64,000 nt of DNA. It comes from Nitrospinales bacterium (GTDB lineage: Bacteria; Nitrospinota; Nitrospinia; Nitrospinales; VA-1). The notes below the pieces were generated by a model. That model was not told where the DNA came from. It searched no databases and saw only the letters and a list, made by a program, of their open reading frames with translations. Where the stretch lies: assembly GCA_965223795.1 (NCBI GenBank), contig CBDCXL010000002.1:2848001-2912000 (forward strand), read 5' to 3'. Positions 57,235 to 64,000 of this stretch are shown here, one piece after another; position 1 is the stretch's first letter; every line of letters begins with the position of its first letter. The translations under genes were made by a program, and so were the position numbers.

Positions 57235-58446
57235 ATGCTGAACGCCATTAAAGAATTTCTTCGTCTGGAATCGGCCAGCGGCCTGTTGATGATCGGGGTC
57301 GCGTTTCTTGCGCTGATCGCGGAAAACTCACCCTTTGAACCCATCTACGATTCCCTTTTGAGCACGCCTGTGGTCATTCAGATCGGCGCGTTTAAAATCG
57401 CCAAACCGCTGCTGCTCTGGATCAACGACGGTCTGATGGCCGTGTTCTTTTTTCTGATCGGCCTGGAGGTCAAGCGGGAAGTGCTGGAGGGAGAGCTCTC
57501 GAGCCCTCAGCGGGTGGCGCTGCCGGCGGTCGGGGCATTGGGGGGCATGATGGTTCCGGCGGTGATTTACTCCACACTGAACTGGGAGGACCCGAATGCG
57601 CTCAGAGGCTGGGCCATCCCCTCCGCCACCGACATCGCGTTCGCTCTGGGGGTGCTTTCACTGCTTGGGCGGCGGGTTCCCAATTCCCTGAAAATTTTCC
57701 TGCTGACTCTGGCCATTTTCGACGATATCGGAGCCATCGTCATCATCGCGGTGTTCTACACCGAAGATATGTCGTGGGAGTCTCTGCTGACGGCGGTGAT
57801 TCTGCTGGGTGTCCTGTATGTGTTCAACCGCAGGGGCGTGGTCAAAAATGCGCCCTATCTCGTGGTGGGCCTGATCATCTGGGCGGCGGTGCTCAAATCC
57901 GGGGTTCACGCGACGCTGGCGGGGGTCGTGGTCGCCTTGTTCATTCCCCTGCGCGTGCCCACAACTTCCGGAAAACCTCCCTTGCTGCAGATCATGCACG
58001 ATCTGCATCCGACGGTTTCGTTTTTCATCCTGCCTGTGTTCGCGTTTGCCAACACAGGCGTGTCTTTGGAAGGATTTACCTTCAACTCGCTTTTGCATCC
58101 GGTGCCGCTGGGAATCGCGCTAGGCCTGTTTCTGGGAAACCAGGTCGGCGTGTTCGGCTTCTGCTTTGTGGCCATCCGGATGGGATGGTGCCGGCTGCCG
58201 AAGCGCGTGAACTGGCTTGAGCTTTACGGCGTGTCCATTCTGTGCGGGATCGGTTTCACCATGAGCCTGTTCATCAGTTCTCTGGCTTTCGAACAGGGAG
58301 GGATCGACAACTCCGCGAACGACCGGCTGGGAATCCTGACCGGCACTCTGATTTCTGCTGTCACGGGATACTCGGTGCTGCGCTATGCGTTGTACCGAAA
58401 GAAAAGAAAAAAAGCGATCGCCGCGAAAGCCGCCGCCCGCCTGTAA
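57235..58446 (+). CDS. nhaA: Na+/H+ antiporter NhaA
   Basis: WINDGLMA.FF..IGLEVKRE, GWAIPSATDIAF, LAIFDD, KSGVHATLAG, CGIGFTMSLFI. Confidence 0.95.
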   Translation: MLNAIKEFLRLESASGLLMIGVAFLALIAENSPFEPIYDSLLSTPVVIQIGAFKIAKPLLLWINDGLMAVFFFLIGLEVKREVLEGELSSPQRVALPAVGALGGMMVPAVIYSTLNWEDPNALRGWAIPSATDIAFALGVLSLLGRRVPNSLKIFLLTLAIFDDIGAIVIIAVFYTEDMSWESLLTAVILLGVLYVFNRRGVVKNAPYLVVGLIIWAAVLKSGVHATLAGVVVALFIPLRVPTTSGKPPLLQIMHDLHPTVSFFILPVFAFANTGVSLEGFTFNSLLHPVPLGIALGLFLGNQVGVFGFCFVAIRMGWCRLPKRVNWLELYGVSILCGIGFTMSLFISSLAFEQGGIDNSANDRLGILTGTLISAVTGYSVLRYALYRKKRKKAIAAKAAARL

Positions 58447-58581
58447 ATTGATTTTACCTGCATACGTTTTTTAATCGGTTTCCTGTTCAACGGATCGCAA
58501 CGGGCCATAAAAAAGTTTGCCCTGATCGTGCTGCGGGAATATAGTGTCTGTAATGCCAAATTTTTTACGGGAGTCGGGACG

Positions 58582-59070
58582 ATGCATTGGAAAAGATGGC
58601 TGCTGGGCGTGATGGTTTTGAGTCTGTGTGCCGGTGTTACCGAGCGGGCGTCGGCAATGGAGAGTCTGATCCTGAAAAAATCCCTGCTCGATGAATCGGT
58701 TCTGGTGCAAGGGGTGCGCGGCGGATTCCGCGGCGGTTTCGGGCTTCGCTCCAAAGGATTCGGGTTTTCCTTCCGCCTGGGCCGGGGACTCAAAAGCCAC
58801 GGGTTTCTGCACGGGCGTCACGGGGTGTTTCTGGTGCATCCGCGGCAGTGGGGGGTGTTCGACGGCAAACGCTTTTTCCCGGTGAACCGGCGGGATTTCT
58901 GGAACCGCTGGAACCGGCGTTCGGGCATGGCCGTGCATGGGCGCGGCGGTGCCTATGCGGAACAGGGCGGCTGGCAGACCCGGGCCTGGTCCCGGGACGA
59001 TCTGGGCTCTCCGGGCTGGGAAGAGGACCTGGGGCCTTCCGGATGGTCGGAAGACCTGGGCACGTATTGA
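58582..59070 (+). CDS. Hypothetical exported Gly/Arg/Phe-rich protein with C-terminal W..DLG repeats
   Basis: GGAG SD, signal-like MHWKRWLLGVMVLSLCAG; ends WSRDDLG-SPGWEEDLG-PSGWSEDLG. Confidence 0.55.
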   Translation: MHWKRWLLGVMVLSLCAGVTERASAMESLILKKSLLDESVLVQGVRGGFRGGFGLRSKGFGFSFRLGRGLKSHGFLHGRHGVFLVHPRQWGVFDGKRFFPVNRRDFWNRWNRRSGMAVHGRGGAYAEQGGWQTRAWSRDDLGSPGWEEDLGPSGWSEDLGTY

Positions 59071-59441
59071 ACCGCGCTCTCCATTGAATACGGCTGCAAC
59101 GGCCGAACGTTTGCGGAGAGCCGGAACGGATTTTTAATTTACAATCCATCCGCAACCCGGACCGGGGTTGCGCTTTGCTCTGGACCGGCTGAAATCCGCT
59201 TTGCATGCGTAAGGCGCGGGTGTGACGGCCTGCCGCAAAATTTTATCCCTGCCATAAGCGCACCTTCCTTTTGTTTTTTACTCCGTTAGAATTCAGCCGG
59301 CAATTTCCTGACGCCGTTGTGACCAATGTTTTTTGACCTTCCGGCATTTTTTGATACATTTAGCTTAATTCAAATTTGCGTAAAAAATGGGAATGTTCGC
59401 CCCTAAAAGGGGCGTTGTTTTCGTTTTATGGGGATGTCCGG

Positions 59442-61046
59442 ATGGTGATCAGTCAGAGGGAACTGCTTGATAAACTGGCCTGGGGGGATTCTCTCAAGGA
59501 GCAGGAAATCGGCGACGTGGATTTTTCCGGCTACTGCTTCAAGGAGCCGATCAATTTTTCCGGCGCGATTTTCACACGCCGGGCGGTGTTTCAGAAAGTG
59601 CAGTTTTTAAAGGGGGTGGATTTCTCCGGCGCGCATTTCATGAGCAAAAGCGGGGTCAATTTCCGCCAGGCCCAGTTTCTCGGTTCGGCCGGCGCCAATT
59701 TCAAGAAAGCCCGGTTTTCCGGCGACGCGGGCGCGAATTTTTGTGAGGCCCGGTTTGCGGGGCCGGGCTCGGCGTGTTTCATCATGGCCCAGTTCACCGC
59801 GCGCGGCAAGGCGGATTTCAGCCAGGTGCGGTTTGAGTGCAAGGGCGGGGCCAATTTCAGCGAAGCCAAATTCACAGGCGAGGGCGGCGCCTATTTCAAT
59901 AAGGCGCAGTTTTCCGGCGAAGGCGGCGCGGATTTCATCCTGACTGAATTTTCCGGCGAGGGCGGCGCCGATTTCTGGGGCGCGCAGTTCTCGGGCAAAC
60001 GCGGCGCGTACTTCTTCTTCACCCAGTTTTCCGGAAAGCGCGGCGCGGACTTCTGGGGCGCGCAGTTCACCGGCGAAGAGGGCGTGAACTTCAGCGAAGC
60101 CAAGTTTTCCGGGGAAGCGGGGGTGCATTTCAACGGCGCCCTGTTCTCCGGCCGGGGCGGGGCGGATTTCAGCAAGACCCAGTTCACCGGCGATGGCGGC
60201 GCGGATTTCAGCGAGGTCCGTTTCGCGGGCGAGGGCATCGTGAAATTCTACAGCACGGAATTTCCCAAAAACCGCCTCATCCGCTTCATCGACGTGGAAA
60301 TGGACCGCCCGGAGAACGTGCGTTTCCTCAATATCGACAATCTCGGCGACACCTCGTTCCTCAATATGGACATCGAGAACGTGGTGTTCGAAAATGTGAC
60401 CTTCCGCGCGGTCGGCAACAGTTTCGGCAGCCGGGAAATCCTCGCCGATGAAGTGTGGAGCGAGTTCGCCACGGACACGAAAAAACGGGTCCACGACCGG
60501 GACTACTTCCGCACGGTGGAGATCCTGTACCGCAAGCTCAAGCTGAATTTCGAGGCCAAGCGCGACTACGAGCGCGCCGGGAACTTCCACTACGGGGAAA
60601 TGGAGATGCGGCGCAAGCAGCTCAACCCGTTTTATCGCTACGTTTCCCTGATCTCGCTGTACAAAATCCTCACCGGCTACGGCCAGCGCTGGTTCAACGG
60701 CGTCACCAGCTTCGCGGTTCTGATTCTGCTGTTTTCATGGATCAACTGGTTCGGCATCGAGCCCAAGGTGCCGATTGTGGATTCCTCCCAGGAGGCTTCG
60801 ACGGCGGAGCAGCCTTCCGGCCTGCCCACCTCCCTGTGCCGGCAGGAGCTTTCGCGGTGTTCCGGCGTGGACTGGAAGGACGCGGTGCTGTTCACGTTTC
60901 AGACCATGACCCTGCAGCGGTCGGAGGATTTCCGGCCGAAGCCGGATCTCTGGCTGGGGCGGACGCTGATCGCCCTGCAGTTTTTGATCGGTCCGGCTTT
61001 GATCGCTTTGACGATCCTGGCCGTGAGACGGGAATTCAGAAGGTAG
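59442..61046 (+). CDS. Pentapeptide-like repeat protein with C-terminal channel-like membrane domain
   Basis: AxFxxAxF repeats, YRKLK.NFE..RDY..AG.FHYGEMEM, GYG before TM1, DAVLFTFQTMTLQ, final TM. Confidence 0.8.
   Translation: MVISQRELLDKLAWGDSLKEQEIGDVDFSGYCFKEPINFSGAIFTRRAVFQKVQFLKGVDFSGAHFMSKSGVNFRQAQFLGSAGANFKKARFSGDAGANFCEARFAGPGSACFIMAQFTARGKADFSQVRFECKGGANFSEAKFTGEGGAYFNKAQFSGEGGADFILTEFSGEGGADFWGAQFSGKRGAYFFFTQFSGKRGADFWGAQFTGEEGVNFSEAKFSGEAGVHFNGALFSGRGGADFSKTQFTGDGGADFSEVRFAGEGIVKFYSTEFPKNRLIRFIDVEMDRPENVRFLNIDNLGDTSFLNMDIENVVFENVTFRAVGNSFGSREILADEVWSEFATDTKKRVHDRDYFRTVEILYRKLKLNFEAKRDYERAGNFHYGEMEMRRKQLNPFYRYVSLISLYKILTGYGQRWFNGVTSFAVLILLFSWINWFGIEPKVPIVDSSQEASTAEQPSGLPTSLCRQELSRCSGVDWKDAVLFTFQTMTLQRSEDFRPKPDLWLGRTLIALQFLIGPALIALTILAVRREFRR
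59613..60236 (+). repeat. 16 tandem 39-bp (13-aa) coding repeats
   Basis: Consensus GA(D/N)FxxAQFSGEG; counted by hand from GVDFSGAHFMSKS to GADFSEVRFAGEG. Confidence 0.85.
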
Positions 61047-61135
61047 GGGAGGGGAGAAATTCCGAAGGCAGGTGCGTTGCCTTCAGAAGATCTGCAACTC
61101 ATGCGGGAATCGATGAATCCCGCGGAAGTTTTAGG

Positions 61136-61789
61136 TCAGAACTCAAACCTCAGACCGCCGCTGATATTGTGCGATTCATATTCCGAATCGAACGTCGCTC
61201 CGGTGCTGTCGCTGAATTCCGGATCCTCAGTGGCGAAATACCTGTAATCCGCCGTCAGAAACACGTTCTGAGCGAGCGCGAGGCTCACGCCTCCGCCGAG
61301 CTGATAGGCGAAAACAGTGTCTCTGTCGTCGACGATCTCGGTGTTCCCGGCGTTCACATTTTCAAGAGACACCTCCGACACGCCGGCCCCCGCCATCACA
61401 TAGGGGGTGATGGGCAGAACATTGGCAAATTCCCAGAAAATATTGCCCATGTAGGAGCGGGAGTGAATGTCTCCGGACGCGTCGAGCGTGAGTCCGTTCA
61501 ATCCCGGAAAGCTGGAATTGATCACTTTGAGCTGGTCCACGTCGTTTCTCCGATACGAGAATTCGAATTCCGCCCGGAAAAAGGGACTGAATCTCCAGCC
61601 GACGGCTCCACCTGCATTCCAACCGTCCCGGTGTTCGCTTTCAATGATGATGCCGGAGCCGATGTTGTCGGAATCCTGCAGAATGGTCAAGCCTCCGTGG
61701 CCGGCAATGTAGGCATTCTGGGCCGACGCCGTCTGTGTTGAGAGTAGAAGCACCATCGCGGTGATCCCTATTAAGGATGCACGTTTCAT
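61136..61789 (-). CDS. 8-stranded outer membrane beta-barrel protein
   Basis: Signal peptide ending ASA, RAEFEFSYR, PYVMAGAG, AYQLGGG, DYRYF, terminal GLRFEF. Confidence 0.85.
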   Translation of the reverse strand: MKRASLIGITAMVLLLSTQTASAQNAYIAGHGGLTILQDSDNIGSGIIIESEHRDGWNAGGAVGWRFSPFFRAEFEFSYRRNDVDQLKVINSSFPGLNGLTLDASGDIHSRSYMGNIFWEFANVLPITPYVMAGAGVSEVSLENVNAGNTEIVDDRDTVFAYQLGGGVSLALAQNVFLTADYRYFATEDPEFSDSTGATFDSEYESHNISGGLRFEF

Positions 61790-62180
61790 AGGTTGTCCTC
61801 CTTGTTTAGGATTAAATTTTACGGTAATTTCAGCTTACTAATAAATTTTCACGAAGATCAACCTTAAAGGAAAGAACGCACAGGCAACCCGAAAGAGCTC
61901 CTTCGAGTACTCAAATAAGTCTAAAAATATCTGTTGGTTGCATTGACTTTGAACGAGGGGGCTTAATGCGGGGGCTGGTGTGGATTGCTTTTGCCATTCC
62001 CGCCATCCGGCGTGAATTCCGGAGACCGCCTTTCTATTCGTCTACCGGCTGGATTCTCCGACATCCCTGACCCTAAAGAGCGGTCTTACAAGGGGTTTCA
62101 AATCGGCGGCCCCTTGGGTTCCGGTTTGTGCGGATTATGGCAAAATTTAAATAAATTATATTTAAGCTATTGAAAAATAA

Positions 62181-62189
62181 TGGTATAAT
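62181..62189 (+). promoter_or_regulatory. Extended -10 promoter element
   Basis: TGGTATAAT (TGnTATAAT) in an AT-rich stretch upstream of the 62305 ORF. Confidence 0.4.
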
Positions 62190-62304
62190 TTAGAATCGCC
62201 GTTGGTCGCACTCGGCCGCGGCCCCGGCGTTGTTGAATCGTGACGGAAACAGAAGCGGCCGGTTGTTTCTATATCTGTCCAACAAGTGATGGGAGGTCGA
62301 TTCG

Positions 62305-62493
62305 ATGGAATACTGGTTGATTGTGGTTACGCTTTGGTTTCAGGACGGGCAGCAGGCGATCATGAAGCAGAACGAGAAATTCAAAACCGAAGCTCAGTGC
62401 GTTCAGGCGGCCGGGAAAGTGACCAAGGATCAATATCCGGTTCCATTGAAAGACCTCAAGGCGACCTGCGCCAAGTTCAAAGGGGACGGTTGA
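62305..62493 (+). CDS. Small protein (62 aa) with two cysteines
   Basis: GGGAGG SD, hydrophobic N-terminus, FKTEAQC...ATC; flanked by promoter and terminator. Confidence 0.6.
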   Translation: MEYWLIVVTLWFQDGQQAIMKQNEKFKTEAQCVQAAGKVTKDQYPVPLKDLKATCAKFKGDG

Positions 62494-62560
62494 TCCGGCG
62501 GGTGTTTCCCTCCTGAAAGCAGAATTCGATCCCGATTGTACGGTGTGATGAAGCCGAAAT

Positions 62561-62604
62561 AAAAAAAGGCTGGCGTCTCTTGCGAGAGCCAGCCTCTTTT
62601 TTTT
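62561..62604. terminator. Bidirectional rho-independent terminator
   Basis: A7 run, stem AGGCTGGC(G)TCTC/GAGAGCCAGCCT, T8 run; sits between convergent genes. Confidence 0.85.
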
Positions 62605-62610
62605 GCGCAA

Positions 62611-63453
62611 TCAGCTTCCCGTGTTCATCTCCTGCATCATCTTTTTTTCCAGCTCGAAATTTTCCACCTGATCTTTGAGAAACCAGCCTTTGGTGCGCAT
62701 GCAGCCCAGAAACGCGGGAACATGCGGCTCGCTCTCCTGGCCGCGGACGGTCTCGACGCAATCGTTTTTGTCGATCGTCCAGGGCGTCAGTTCCGTGGTC
62801 ACGGTCTCCGGCTGGTGAAACCCCTGGCCGCGCGTGTAGGGATAAATCGTCGCTTCACGGCTGGGGGGCATGGCGATTTCCGAAATGTCGATGTCGTCGT
62901 CTTCGTCGATGGCGCCGCGTTTGACAAAGCCCGCGCCCGCGAAATCGTTGAGGTCGTCCGAGGACTGACTGGCGGAGAGGCCCGTGTCTTCGGCGATCGA
63001 TCCGGCGGCGCCGGCTTCCGTGTCCTCGTCCATGTCAAAGCTCGCGGTGGGGACCGGCGCGGGCTCGGAAATCCGCAGCGCGTCTCCGGTCACATCCCAG
63101 TTCGTGCAGCCCAGGAGCGCGGGGAGGACCAATAATTCGTTGATGAGCGAATAAATGTTTTCCTCGGCTTTCACGTTGGCGGCCGCATCCGCATCGAGTC
63201 TCTTGAGCTCTTCCCGGATGGCGGGGTTCATGATATTGGCATCGATCTTTTCCGCGCTGTAATCGCCGCACCCATACGCCTCCGTCTTGAAGGAAGCGAT
63301 TTTTTCCGCACGGTTATCGCTGTCCGCCTGGTTCACCTGCGATTGTGCGTGCTTTTCGGAATAGAATCCTTTCCCGATCTTGAAGGGGGCTGAGGGTGCG
63401 CATCCACCCGCCAGCCAGGAAACCGCAAAAACGACTGCAAGGATTTTCTTCAT
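62611..63453 (-). CDS. Hypothetical lipoprotein with acidic linker
   Basis: GGGGAG SD, MKKILAVVFAVSWLAGGC lipobox; C-terminal C...CMRTKGW motif. Confidence 0.75.
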   Translation of the reverse strand: MKKILAVVFAVSWLAGGCAPSAPFKIGKGFYSEKHAQSQVNQADSDNRAEKIASFKTEAYGCGDYSAEKIDANIMNPAIREELKRLDADAAANVKAEENIYSLINELLVLPALLGCTNWDVTGDALRISEPAPVPTASFDMDEDTEAGAAGSIAEDTGLSASQSSDDLNDFAGAGFVKRGAIDEDDDIDISEIAMPPSREATIYPYTRGQGFHQPETVTTELTPWTIDKNDCVETVRGQESEPHVPAFLGCMRTKGWFLKDQVENFELEKKMMQEMNTGS

Positions 63454-63720
63454 TCTTTTTGTCTCCCCGGAAATGGATGAATCCCCATTGATTCGTTGAT
63501 GCAAACGGCATCGGACTCCCTATATATCATACTTCGGCCCGGCGAATCAAAAAAAGTTGCTGAAAAAACAGTGCTTTATTCTTTGAAATCGGGAATTTGG
63601 AAGCAATCGGAAGGGGATGGAGGCTGAATATATCGGAGGAGGAAAGGCTTCATGGACTCTGCCGGCGGTCGAAACCACCGGCAGAGCCTGTGAATGGGTT
63701 CCGGCTGAATCGCGGCCGGG

Positions 63721-64000
63721 TCAGTTGCCGAACACGCGCTTAAAAAACGCCTGCATGGTCTTCCAGGAACGCTCGTCCGCCTGTTTGTCGTACTTTAAGG
63801 CGTCGATGCCGAATTTTTTCCGGAATTCGTCCGCCTGCGGGTTGGTGAAGCTGTGCCGGACCCCTGCGAGACTGACGTAAGAAAGGTCCGCGTTCGCCGC
63901 CACCATGTCCTGCATGAATTTGGCGACCACTTCGGGCTTCAGGAAGGGATCGTCCGAGCCGTTGATGACCATCACCGCGGCTTTTACCTTGTCTTTTTCA
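63721..64000 (-). CDS. Dienelactone hydrolase family, C-terminal part (runs off the window end)
   Basis: VINGSDDPF, GVRHSFTNP, YDKQADERSW..MQAFF. Confidence 0.85.
   Translation of the reverse strand, partial: EKDKVKAAVMVINGSDDPFLKPEVVAKFMQDMVAANADLSYVSLAGVRHSFTNPQADEFRKKFGIDALKYDKQADERSWKTMQAFFKRVFGN

Noticed and set aside
59613..60236. 39-bp periodic repeats as a possible CRISPR array
   Set aside because: They are in-frame, degenerate at synonymous positions, lack unique spacers, and no cas genes are present.

Overview
GC-rich bacterial chromosomal window, almost entirely protein-coding, with no rRNA, tRNA, CRISPR array or transposase that I can see. The gene content (DUF3365 cytochrome, HDOD, TIGR03545/6 pair) suggests a Nitrospina-like organism, which is a weak inference. 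The left flank (1-17.8 kb) holds glycosyltransferases, thiO-bioA-queD, a diheme cytochrome, a Kef-type antiporter, a GCS2 ligase/M14 peptidase pair and an envelope operon. The right flank (52-64 kb) holds mscS, a sigma54-type membrane/vWA pair, nhaA, pentapeptide proteins and small exported proteins. The central ~34 kb (17.9-51.8 kb) is the main result: a lipid cluster that reads as a eukaryote-like inositol-phosphoceramide or glycosylated inositol sphingolipid pathway. It encodes a bacterial-ceramide-synthase-like GNAT divergent from a thioesterase-less highly reducing type I PKS, a PI(P)-synthase-like enzyme and an Aur1-like IPC synthase. It also has a DPM1/Ppm1-like synthase, a PIG-M/GT87-like transferase, an FA2H-like hydroxylase and a DES1/DEGS1-like delta-4 desaturase. 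A secreted START protein, a PIG-A-like GT4, a deacetylase, a flippase-like protein, two more GT-C-like proteins, an LtaS-like transferase and an orphan LptF/G complete it. Serine palmitoyltransferase and inositol-1-phosphate synthase are not in the window. All family calls come from motif recognition by eye, not database searches.
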